This document shows, piece after piece, positions 8,622-17,465 of a stretch of DNA of 32,000 nucleotides. Made by a program: the position numbers and the translations under genes. Position 1 is the first letter of the stretch; every line of letters begins with the position of its first letter. The notes beneath the pieces were generated by a model. That model made no database searches. It was not told where the DNA came from and saw only the letters and a program-made list of their open reading frames with translations. The DNA lies in NCBI GenBank assembly GCA_964426185.1, contig CAYRPF010000021.1:1-32000 (forward strand), in the 5' to 3' direction. The DNA is from an uncultured archaeon (lineage in GTDB: Archaea > Asgardarchaeota > Lokiarchaeia > Sigyniarchaeales > Promethearchaeaceae).

Positions 8622-9821
8622 ATGATTATCTCAGATTTAGACTTGATTCAAAGTTTCACTGCCTTCTGCAAAAATTGTGGGCAATGCTCCCTTACATGTC
8701 CGACTCATTTCGTGGGTTTATTTAATCCAATGGGGGTATTGCGTGATGTGCAAATGGCAGGCCCCGAAGCTGCAATTTCGAATCAACCTCTTTTCGCCTG
8801 TTTGACATGTAATCGCTGTATGATGTATTGTCCCACCTCAAAGGAGAATGAAGGGATGAATTTTGCTGCTTTAATTCAAAGATTGCGCAGCTATGCATAC
8901 CATAATCAGATTCAACCCAAAGATTTCGGTGAATTTCCAGGTATTGGCACAATTTTGATACATCCATCTGATTTTACTTCGAAAGATCTTAGTATCAAGG
9001 AAATTCCTGATGTAGATGTAATTTCCATGTTAGATAATTCATTAAAAAGCAAAATCGCCACCGAAGGAAAGATTGCTTACTTTATCGATGACCTTCCGCT
9101 TTATATTCAAAAGTATCCTCAATATAAAGCCGACTTGATAGAAATCCCACGTAGTGTAATTCACATCTTAAATCAAGTGGGAATCAAGCCGGTGGTTCTA
9201 AATTTGAAACCTTTGGGTCATGATGATTTTTGGGCTGGCTTTACCGATCAATTTCAAATGTTGGCCAAGGCTAATGTTGCTTATTATAAAGCTGCAGGAG
9301 TGAAGCAAATTATAGTGGAATCTGCAGAAGCTTATAGAACTTGGAAATATGATTATCCTACAGTAGTTTCCGACTGTGATTTTGAAGTATATCATTTAAG
9401 CGAGTATTTAGAAAAATTTCACCTAAGTCCCAAGTTGGTTTTTGATGCAAATATATCGATTTCGGTGACATTTCTTGATGCTGCCAGGTTGGGCCGAATG
9501 GGAGGAAGAATATATGAGCCACCTCGAAAAATTTTGAAAAAAGCTAAAGGAATTAAATTGAAGGATTTGGAGTTTAACCGTGGTGATGCTTATGATTGCT
9601 CTCTTACCATCCATTTTCCGGAGAATGAGGAAACACAGAGAATGCGCTCCCAGCTCTTAGATGAAATTCGGGAGGCAAGCGTGGAATATGTAGTTAGCAC
9701 TTCCCCCAAGCAAATTATCCATTATCTTTATGCTGTAAATAATTTGGGTTCTGAAGGAAATTCAATGCCGATCATTCATGATTGGGCGGTTATGCTCTTC
9801 CGATTACTGAGGATTCATTAG
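8622..9821 (+). CDS. HdrD/GlpC-like Fe-S protein: 2x[4Fe-4S] domain plus two degenerate CCG domains
   Basis: CKNCGQCSLTCP and CLTCNRCMMYCP are intact. The CCG-domain scaffold is recognisable (GHD..WAG, YRTWKYDYP, EVYHLSE, D..RLGR..IYEPPR) but its Cys ligands are replaced. Confidence 0.85.
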   Translation: MIISDLDLIQSFTAFCKNCGQCSLTCPTHFVGLFNPMGVLRDVQMAGPEAAISNQPLFACLTCNRCMMYCPTSKENEGMNFAALIQRLRSYAYHNQIQPKDFGEFPGIGTILIHPSDFTSKDLSIKEIPDVDVISMLDNSLKSKIATEGKIAYFIDDLPLYIQKYPQYKADLIEIPRSVIHILNQVGIKPVVLNLKPLGHDDFWAGFTDQFQMLAKANVAYYKAAGVKQIIVESAEAYRTWKYDYPTVVSDCDFEVYHLSEYLEKFHLSPKLVFDANISISVTFLDAARLGRMGGRIYEPPRKILKKAKGIKLKDLEFNRGDAYDCSLTIHFPENEETQRMRSQLLDEIREASVEYVVSTSPKQIIHYLYAVNNLGSEGNSMPIIHDWAVMLFRLLRIH

Positions 9822-10183
9822 AATGTAATGATATGATAACCCTTTTCAATATATGTATGTATTGAAGGATGTCCGTTCATATCTCCTTTGATTGGGAGTT
9901 TTTCAGCTCGAGCAGATTCGATTGCACCCATCTTAGTTGCACATGCTTTGCAAACAGCTGAGATAAGACCTGCTTCTTTAACTTTTTTGTAAAGACTATA
10001 ATATGGATTATCGTGCTCTTCATGGAAAGTTTTAATCAATTTTGTGGCTGTTCCCTCAATAACAATAGTCACGTCGTAATCTTTCGAGCGCAAATGCAGA
10101 GCATTTAATAACGCGTGGGTAAAGCATAACATTTCTCCGTTAAAAGCATAAAGACAATATTTCAGAATACCCATAATACCCAT
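9818..10183 (-). CDS. DsrE/DsrF-like family protein
   Basis: AFNGEMLCFTHALLNA, IVIEGTATKL, AVCKACA.KMG, GHPS...GYHIITF. Overlaps the convergent upstream gene by 4 nt. Confidence 0.85.
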   Translation of the reverse strand: MGIMGILKYCLYAFNGEMLCFTHALLNALHLRSKDYDVTIVIEGTATKLIKTFHEEHDNPYYSLYKKVKEAGLISAVCKACATKMGAIESARAEKLPIKGDMNGHPSIHTYIEKGYHIITF

Positions 10184-10309
10184 AATGTTTTTGATCTTGA
10201 TAAATATTATTTATTTAAAGTCGGTGGAATGCTTAAATTCATGCTTACCTTAATTAATTTAATAAATATCTTAAGAACGGATATTTTTTGGTAGAAGAGG
10301 TAAAATATT

Positions 10310-11344
10310 ATGAATTCAAGAGATGTGGTTATTAAACTTGACAATATTACAAAAAATTTCGGAAAATTTACCGCAGTCGATAATTTGACCTTAGAAATTA
10401 AAGAAGGTGAAATTCTCGGGTTTTTGGGACCTAATGGTGCGGGAAAATCTACCACCATGAAAATGTTGGCATATCTTCTTCGACCCACCAAGGGAGTAAT
10501 TCATATTCGGTCAAATGGAACATTGGTAACTTTAACGGAATATAATAAGGATAATCTTTTAGACAAAATGGGATTTTTGATTGAAACGCCGTTTTTTTAT
10601 AAGAATGCAACTCCCCGTCAGATCCTTTCTTATTTTGCTAAGTTAAAGGGTTATCCCCGTGAAGAGATTTCCAAACGCGTGGAAACCATTGTAATGAAAA
10701 TGGGTTTATTTAAATGGATTGATGAGAAATTAGGGAAATTTTCTAAAGGAATGCAACAAAAAATTGGCATTTTAAGTGCGATAGTTCATGATCCTGAAGT
10801 AATCATCCTTGATGAGCCATACACCGGTTTAGATCCAGCTGCCCGTAGAGAAGTTCGTGATTTTATTCTAAAATTGAAAGAACAAGGTAAAACCGTGTTT
10901 TTAAGCAGTCATCTTCTTTATGAAGTAAGTGAAGTGGCTGATCGGATAGCGATTATCTCTCATGGGAAATTAATTGCATGTGATACTCTAGAAAATTTAG
11001 AACAACAGGCAAAAAGTAGCACCATTAATTTGGAAGTTCTTAATATGCCGGCCTTGAAAACGACCCTTATTCCGGAGTTGTATAAAATTTTAAATGAGTT
11101 TATCGATCTTAATTCAATTCATTACGTTGAAGATGGAAATTATTACACCATTGAATTTGACGGTAATCCTGAAAAACAGCACCAAATCTTGAAGGCTTTG
11201 ATGGATAATGGCATTAAAGTGTTGGAATTTTCAGTTCCAAAAGCAGGTCTTCTTGAGGCTTTGTATATGAGTTATATTTCTAAAAGTGAAAGTGAATCAC
11301 TGGATTCCCAGAAAAGATCAATAAAGGTGGAGGCGATTCTCTAA
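10310..11344 (+). CDS. ABC-2 type transporter ATP-binding protein
   Basis: Walker A GPNGAGKST, signature FSKGMQQK, Walker B IILDEP, H-loop SSH. Confidence 0.95.
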   Translation: MNSRDVVIKLDNITKNFGKFTAVDNLTLEIKEGEILGFLGPNGAGKSTTMKMLAYLLRPTKGVIHIRSNGTLVTLTEYNKDNLLDKMGFLIETPFFYKNATPRQILSYFAKLKGYPREEISKRVETIVMKMGLFKWIDEKLGKFSKGMQQKIGILSAIVHDPEVIILDEPYTGLDPAARREVRDFILKLKEQGKTVFLSSHLLYEVSEVADRIAIISHGKLIACDTLENLEQQAKSSTINLEVLNMPALKTTLIPELYKILNEFIDLNSIHYVEDGNYYTIEFDGNPEKQHQILKALMDNGIKVLEFSVPKAGLLEALYMSYISKSESESLDSQKRSIKVEAIL

Positions 11345-12198
11345 TGCAGAAATCTGAGTTAATAAATCCATCCAATGATAAGGAATTTCGCTATCAACGG
11401 AGATTCAGTCAAATAATTGACACTTTGATTTTTGATCTTCAAATGAATTGGCGAAAAATCTTGATTTTAAGCTCGGTAGCGGTAGTAATTTTCGCTCTTT
11501 CCCTATTATTGGGTGTATGGCAGATTAATCGAAATTCACAAGCTTTTCCCACGGTAGAAGCTTATATTCAAAATTATTTCTCCTTTATTAGCTTATTCAT
11601 TTTAATTTTAGCCGTAAGCTACGGTTCCAACATGTTGGTTGTTGATTTTCAAGAACGTACCGGAAATTTACTTTTTCCAAAAATATCAAAATCGCGTCTA
11701 TTTATAGGAAGATATCTCAGCGGTCTGATTCAAGGAGGGATAATTCTGGTTTTCTATTATTGGTTAGTGGTTATTCCTGTATTTCTTGAGTTTGATGTCA
11801 TTCCTTTAAGCTTCTGGAAAAGTCTTGGTTTTGCAGTGTTGTATTATATCGCTCTTCTGAGTTTCTCAATTTTCTTCAGTTCCATTGTAAAAAGAAGCAG
11901 TGGGGCAGTAATCACTACTTTACTTCTGATCATCATTGCATTTCCGATTATAAATTCCATATTTTCGTTATCTACATCTGTTGAACCGCTCTTTTTGCTT
12001 GATTATTATGGAAATATCATATCAAATATTTTAAATATGCCTGATCAACGATTTATTAAATTAGATATAGAAGGATTAACCATATATACTTGGTTTACCC
12101 CTTCAGAATCTGCGGCTTTAATCGGTTTGATTATATATATATTCATTTTCACGATCATTGCTTACCTGATTTACCGATTTCGCCAAATTGAAGATTAA
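11344..12198 (+). CDS. ABC-2 type transporter permease
   Basis: Six TM segments, ERTGNLLFPKISK loop, translationally coupled to the ATPase (TAATG). Confidence 0.9.
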   Translation: MQKSELINPSNDKEFRYQRRFSQIIDTLIFDLQMNWRKILILSSVAVVIFALSLLLGVWQINRNSQAFPTVEAYIQNYFSFISLFILILAVSYGSNMLVVDFQERTGNLLFPKISKSRLFIGRYLSGLIQGGIILVFYYWLVVIPVFLEFDVIPLSFWKSLGFAVLYYIALLSFSIFFSSIVKRSSGAVITTLLLIIIAFPIINSIFSLSTSVEPLFLLDYYGNIISNILNMPDQRFIKLDIEGLTIYTWFTPSESAALIGLIIYIFIFTIIAYLIYRFRQIED

Positions 12199-12410
12199 TT
12201 AGCTTTTTCAAAATTCTCAATATAAAATTAGAAATTTTTTAACTTTTTTATTAGATTTATTCCCAGAATTTTTTCAAAACCTTTTTATATAATGCCTAAA
12301 GAAATAATGTCGTGGCCTTTGGCCGCTTTCTTCTTCCTCTTTATATTAACTCAATAATATTTCTATCTTTAATAAAATATTTATTTGAGCAAAGAATTCT
12401 CATTTTTCTG

Positions 12411-12427
12411 GAATGTTGGAAACATTC
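12411..12427. promoter_or_regulatory. Perfect palindrome GAATGTT-GGA-AACATTC, candidate transcription-factor site
   Basis: 7-bp arms with a 3-nt spacer, about 75 bp upstream of ATG 12503. Confidence 0.45.
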
Positions 12428-12502
12428 GAATTAGAAATCTTAAATACCTTCCATTTCTTTTGGTATTATATAATTAAGCCATAATCACTAGAGTGAACAT
12501 CT

Positions 12503-12769
12503 ATGAATCCACTTCTAAAGCGTAAATTAGCTAAGGCAGAAGAAAAAAAGGAACAAGAACTTCATTATTTATTAGATAGTTTTAAGTCAGAATTGGAAGA
12601 AATGCAAAAAAAACTAGATAATTTAAAATATCAAATTGAATTTTTTGGGGCGACACCTGAACTTATTGAAAAAAAGAAAGATTGTAAAGTTATGATGCAG
12701 TGGATTCAATCACAATTTGAAGAAATTAAGCAATCTTTATCCAATCATTCCAAACCACTTTCTGCTTGA
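12503..12769 (+). CDS. Small helical/coiled-coil hypothetical protein
   Basis: 88 aa, ATG preceded by GAGTGA, E/K-rich amphipathic helices. Confidence 0.65.
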   Translation: MNPLLKRKLAKAEEKKEQELHYLLDSFKSELEEMQKKLDNLKYQIEFFGATPELIEKKKDCKVMMQWIQSQFEEIKQSLSNHSKPLSA

Positions 12770-12771
12770 TT

Positions 12772-14019
12772 TTAATTGGTGAATTTTTCTACATAGAGTT
12801 CAATTATTTTTAGAATTACTTCAACTGCTTTTTCCATTGCAACGATAGGAATAAACTCCTTTTTACTGTGAAAATTATAACCTCCAGTAAAGATATTTGG
12901 AGTAGGCATCCCATCATACGAAAACCGGGCACCGTCTGTTCCACCTCTTATAGGTTCTTCTATTACTTCCAATCCCACAGATTCAATGGCTTCTTTCGCG
13001 ATGGAAACAACTTCAGGATACTGATCTAAAATTGATTTCATATTTCGATATCCTTTTTTTATTTGTAATTTGATTGGAAAATCTGAATAGTGTGCTTGAA
13101 TTTGGGCTACCCCTTCTTCAATATGTTTAATTTGGCGGTCTAAATCTTGTTCGTCAAAATTTCGGAGTATAAATACCAATTTGGTTTCATCGGTTGTTGA
13201 CACTAAGTGAACAGGATAGTAATATGGTTCATAATCTTTGGTGTTTTCAGGAGTTTGATCAGGAGGAAACAAGTTTAATAATTCTGGAACCAATTTCATG
13301 CTATTCTTCATTTTTCCGAACGCAAAACCAGGATGAACTGAATATCCCTTAACAGTAACAGTTCCACTGGCAGCATTGAAATTTTCGATCTCAATACTTC
13401 CCATTCTGCCACCATCGATGGTGTAACCAAATTGAGCACCAATTTCTTTCACCGAAATTGAATCCGCTCCTTTACCAACTTCTTCGTCTGGAGTAAAAAC
13501 AATTTTTAAATTTCCATGGGGGATCTCGGGATTAGAAGAGAGATGTGAAAGTGCTGTCATAATTTCAGCAATTCCGGCCTTATCATCTGCTCCCAATAAT
13601 GTTGTTCCATCTGTGATGATTAAATCTGTATTAATAAACCTTTGAAAGGTGGGTATTTCTTGAGGATTTATTTGCAAGTCTGGATTTTTTTCTAAGGAAA
13701 TAGGTTCCCCCTTAAAAGTGACAATGCGCGGTTGTACATTTTCGCCAGGAGCTGATGGTGCAGTATCCATGTGGGAATTAAAACATATAATGGGAATTTT
13801 ACTTGCTTGTTCAGGTGGTAGATTACTGGGAATATTGGCAATAACTACACCATTTTCAGTTACCTTGACATCTTGGTAACCTAAGCTTTGAATTTCTTTT
13901 AGGAGTAAATGAGCCAAATTTAATTGTCGCGCCGTACTTGGTATTTTATCTACTCCTTCCTTACTCGTCGTATGAATTTTAACATATTTTAAAAATCGCT
14001 CAACCACTTCTGAATTCAT
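12772..14019 (-). CDS. pepT: Peptidase T (M20B tripeptidase)
   Basis: ERFLKYVKIHT, SHMDTA, TDGTTLLGADDKAG, FTPDEEVG, ENFNAA, IRGGTDG, NFHS. Confidence 0.96.
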   Translation of the reverse strand: MNSEVVERFLKYVKIHTTSKEGVDKIPSTARQLNLAHLLLKEIQSLGYQDVKVTENGVVIANIPSNLPPEQASKIPIICFNSHMDTAPSAPGENVQPRIVTFKGEPISLEKNPDLQINPQEIPTFQRFINTDLIITDGTTLLGADDKAGIAEIMTALSHLSSNPEIPHGNLKIVFTPDEEVGKGADSISVKEIGAQFGYTIDGGRMGSIEIENFNAASGTVTVKGYSVHPGFAFGKMKNSMKLVPELLNLFPPDQTPENTKDYEPYYYPVHLVSTTDETKLVFILRNFDEQDLDRQIKHIEEGVAQIQAHYSDFPIKLQIKKGYRNMKSILDQYPEVVSIAKEAIESVGLEVIEEPIRGGTDGARFSYDGMPTPNIFTGGYNFHSKKEFIPIVAMEKAVEVILKIIELYVEKFTN

Positions 14020-14081
14020 GATTGAACAAAAAGAAAAGATAGTAAAAAAAGTTTTATTTAGAAATTAACGAGAAGTTCCAT

Positions 14082-15089
14082 TTATGCTGAAGGAATTTTC
14101 TTTAATTCTCGTTTCTTATCTGATTTTTCCTTTTTTTCGGCTTTTTCTTTGGATGATTTTTTATTTGTATTTTTTTTTTTTTGGTAAATTTCAATTCCTT
14201 GTACTTGATTATTCTTGCAGTAAATCCGGAGCAAATTTGATGCAATATCAATATTTCCATCAGGTATATTTTCCATTTTTGACCATTTGATTTCTTCCAC
14301 TTCCTTGCCGAATAACATAGAAATCATCCGTTTTGGTGAATAAACTGAATTTCCGATAATGATATTCATTCGATTCAGATTTTCTGGAGGCTGTGTTTCT
14401 AATATCAAATCCAAAATTTCATTTTCAATTTCTTTATTCAAATTGGGAGATTCATGTTTTTTCGAGAAATAAGATGGACTGTGTGATTTTCGTTTCGGAA
14501 TTGGATTTGAGATGATGGTTTTCTCTTTACGATGGGATGTTTTTTTCGTAGAGCCATCTGATTCACTAGATCCTTGGAATGCTGCTTTCTTCATCTTTTC
14601 CATTTCTTTTAGGTGCTTCTGTTCTTCCAATAGTGGGCTCCAATATTCTTGTTCTTCTTTCTTTTTTGATTTAGTTCCTTTAAGCAATTCTTCTTCTTCG
14701 AGTTTTCGTCTTTCTTCATTTCGTAAGTAATACATATCTTCTGGCTTTTCATTTTCTGATACTTCATAAGATTGAAGATTAAATGCACGTAAAAACTCTA
14801 ATGGTTCATCACCAGCATCTACACTCACAATCTTTAGATGTCTACCGAATTTTGCTGATTCTTCTTGTATTTTTGATCCAACTCGAGAACTAATAAATCT
14901 TTTACGAACAGGTGATCTTGGACCTTTCCAGATAAAAATACGTCGGATATCATAGCGAACTAATAGAAATACTCCTTCACTAGTGAATAAATCCTTAACA
15001 TCTTCAATAGAAATGTCAATTTCTTCGCTATCTCCTTCATTCGTTAGCTGGAAAGCACGGAATTCTTTATATTCTTGATCTAATGACAT
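14082..15089 (-). CDS. Gelsolin-domain protein (single gelsolin domain + linker + extra C-terminal domain; Asgard 1DGelX-like)
   Basis: VFLLV...RIFIWKGPRSPVRKRF...IVSVDAGDEPLEFLRAF matches the gelsolin repeat pattern (WxG, EP.EF). C-terminus ends RELKKIPSA. Confidence 0.82.
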   Translation of the reverse strand: MSLDQEYKEFRAFQLTNEGDSEEIDISIEDVKDLFTSEGVFLLVRYDIRRIFIWKGPRSPVRKRFISSRVGSKIQEESAKFGRHLKIVSVDAGDEPLEFLRAFNLQSYEVSENEKPEDMYYLRNEERRKLEEEELLKGTKSKKKEEQEYWSPLLEEQKHLKEMEKMKKAAFQGSSESDGSTKKTSHRKEKTIISNPIPKRKSHSPSYFSKKHESPNLNKEIENEILDLILETQPPENLNRMNIIIGNSVYSPKRMISMLFGKEVEEIKWSKMENIPDGNIDIASNLLRIYCKNNQVQGIEIYQKKKNTNKKSSKEKAEKKEKSDKKRELKKIPSA

Positions 15090-15214
15090 AGGTTTTCTCC
15101 CGTTATTGATTGGTAATTCTATATGTATATGTTGCTAAGTGATCTTAAAAAATTGCTTTTTTTTTAAAATCTTGGAAAAAAATAAGAAAATCTGTGGGAA
15201 TTTTTCCAACTTTT

Positions 15215-15793
15215 TTAACATATTTTTTGAAAGATTGAATTAAAAATGGTATAATCATCATCAGAAAATAAGCAAACCCGCACATCTAAAAATTTTGTTG
15301 AATTTTTCAGAAATTTGATTAATTCGGAAAGAATAACTTTTGCTGCTCTTTCTTTAGGAAAGCCAAAAATTCCTGTTGATATTGCAGGGAATGCAATCGA
15401 TGTGAGATTTAATTCAACCAATTTATTACTGCTCTGAGTAATTGTGGACCTGAGTAATTCATCTGCTTTTTTAGGAGAATACATATGGAACTGTGGACCT
15501 ACAGCATGAAAGATATATTTTACTTGTTTAATATTTCCAGCTGAGGTAATGGCAATTCTTCCCACTGGGGTATATCCAATCCTATTGCACTCTTCTTGGA
15601 TACCAAGGCCGCCTTTACGACGAATGGCTCCTGCTACTCCAGTACCTAAAATCAATTGTTCATTAGCTGCGTTTACTAAAACATCAACAATCTGATTTGT
15701 AATATCCCCTTGAATCAACGTTAGTTTCGATTTATTTGGGTTTTCTGAAAAAATGAATTGGTTTGATTTTTCTTCTTTCATCATTCCACACAT
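15215..15793 (-). CDS. Macro domain protein (MacroD-type ADP-ribose binding/hydrolase)
   Basis: IQGDIT, VNAAN...G.GVAGAI, HAVGP, AFPAISTGIFGFP. Confidence 0.93.
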   Translation of the reverse strand: MCGMMKEEKSNQFIFSENPNKSKLTLIQGDITNQIVDVLVNAANEQLILGTGVAGAIRRKGGLGIQEECNRIGYTPVGRIAITSAGNIKQVKYIFHAVGPQFHMYSPKKADELLRSTITQSSNKLVELNLTSIAFPAISTGIFGFPKERAAKVILSELIKFLKNSTKFLDVRVCLFSDDDYTIFNSIFQKIC

Positions 15794-15795
15794 TC

Positions 15796-16500
15796 TTACT
15801 TAATAATTGAGAAACCATTATCTAGTTGAATTTTCTGTCTTTTGTTAATTTCTTGTAAAATTGGATTTGAACGGGGTAAATTATTTTCTATTAACAATCG
15901 TTCTTGAAGATGGGATTCATAAATTAAACGCTCCCTTTCAAATTCCTCCAATTTTTCCCCTTTTCCAAAACGATATGCCAATTCAATTGTCGGATCTCGA
16001 TAATATCCGTAGACTTTTTGGAGTGCTTCAAAAGAATATTGCTTATTTTTACAATACAAAAAATATTTTTGGGCAATCGGGGGGAGTTGTTCCAATAAAA
16101 AAGAATCTTTGGTTATTAGTCTAATAATAAATGGCATATATTCATGTTTTTTAGCATTAATCTCATGAAATTTGGAATTATTCAATTTTTTATGAGAAAC
16201 TAGATCGAATTTTGTGGCAAGAATGAGGCATTTAAACCATGTATAAGGTAAAATAAAAAGATATAATCTTAGAAAGAATATATCTACACTGTAAAAACGC
16301 CTAATACTAAAGATTATAAATTTAATTAACGAAAATCCTCCAACAAGAAAAATTGATAACAACCATAAAGGAATTTTGATATATCCAAATGAGTTTTTCA
16401 AATCGTTTATAATGAAGAATAATAGAATAATTAGAAATATATTAATTAGATTTGAGAAGAAATTTTGCTTGATTCGTTCTTTTATATAAATTATTCTCAC
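15796..16500 (-). CDS. Hypothetical membrane protein (2-3 N-terminal TM, soluble C-terminus)
   Basis: GTG start, hydrophobic N-terminal segments, stop 2 nt before the macro-domain ORF. Confidence 0.65.
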   Translation of the reverse strand: MRIIYIKERIKQNFFSNLINIFLIILLFFIINDLKNSFGYIKIPLWLLSIFLVGGFSLIKFIIFSIRRFYSVDIFFLRLYLFILPYTWFKCLILATKFDLVSHKKLNNSKFHEINAKKHEYMPFIIRLITKDSFLLEQLPPIAQKYFLYCKNKQYSFEALQKVYGYYRDPTIELAYRFGKGEKLEEFERERLIYESHLQERLLIENNLPRSNPILQEINKRQKIQLDNGFSIIK

Positions 16501-16658
16501 GATTCCAGTCTCCGTAAAATTTTATCGTAATATTTTTATTATCTGTAAAAAAAAAAAGAAATTCTATACAAATAAGGATTTGTAATTATTTGAATTTTCG
16601 AGAAAATAGAAACGAATTTTTTAATAAAATGATAGATTAACAAAATGCAAGATTAATT

Positions 16659-17453
16659 ATGCTAAAAAATCTGAAGCTTAAGGATTATGCAACTTTACTA
16701 GGGACAATGTGCGGTGCAATTTCTATTTATTTAACTATTTCACCATTTCGAGCATATCGAGGAGCGATGTTTATGATTTTTCTAGGTGTAATCGCTGATT
16801 TGTTTGATGGTTTTATCGCCCGAAAGACCAGAGAGATTAACGAATTCGGTGTTCAATTAGATTCTCTTAGTGATGCTATTGTTTTTGGGGTTGCACCTGC
16901 AATACTGTTATTTATGAATTACACTGAACCTGATGCTGTTGTAATAAATCCCACCTATCCAAATTGGGTAATCTTGATTTCAGCAATTTTATTGATTTGT
17001 GCGGGAATTATCCGTTTAGCATGGTTCAATGTTTCCCATGATAATCCTGTTTACCAAGGTATGCCTATTCCTATGACGGCAACTGCACTCTGTTTGCTTG
17101 TTTTCAGTGATTATTTTGCTTGGGCGATTAATCAGAAAATAACATTATATAATAGAATCATCTATTGGAGTATGCCTATTATTATTGTTTTTTTCGCTTG
17201 GACAAATGTTACCAATAAAATTCGTTTTGGAGAAATTTTTAGGAAAAAGACAGGATATATAAAGTGGATTTATCGATTTTTAGCGATCAGCTTGTGTATT
17301 CTTACTATATTGGTTTTTGTCGATAGATTTCGGTTTGCTGTGATTATTTTTATTGCTTCTTGGATCTTTTTAGGAATGTATATCTATTTTCTCGTAGTTG
17401 GTTTTAGAACAGCAAAGAGAAAAACAAATTCAATATCGCAAATTTCGAATTAA
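16659..17453 (+). CDS. pssA: CDP-alcohol phosphatidyltransferase (phosphatidylserine/archaetidylserine synthase-like)
   Basis: Signature DLFDGFIARK...FGVQLDSLSDAIVFGVAPA; RLAWFN; GMPIP. Confidence 0.85.
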   Translation: MLKNLKLKDYATLLGTMCGAISIYLTISPFRAYRGAMFMIFLGVIADLFDGFIARKTREINEFGVQLDSLSDAIVFGVAPAILLFMNYTEPDAVVINPTYPNWVILISAILLICAGIIRLAWFNVSHDNPVYQGMPIPMTATALCLLVFSDYFAWAINQKITLYNRIIYWSMPIIIVFFAWTNVTNKIRFGEIFRKKTGYIKWIYRFLAISLCILTILVFVDRFRFAVIIFIASWIFLGMYIYFLVVGFRTAKRKTNSISQISN

Positions 17454-17465
17454 AATTGATTTATT

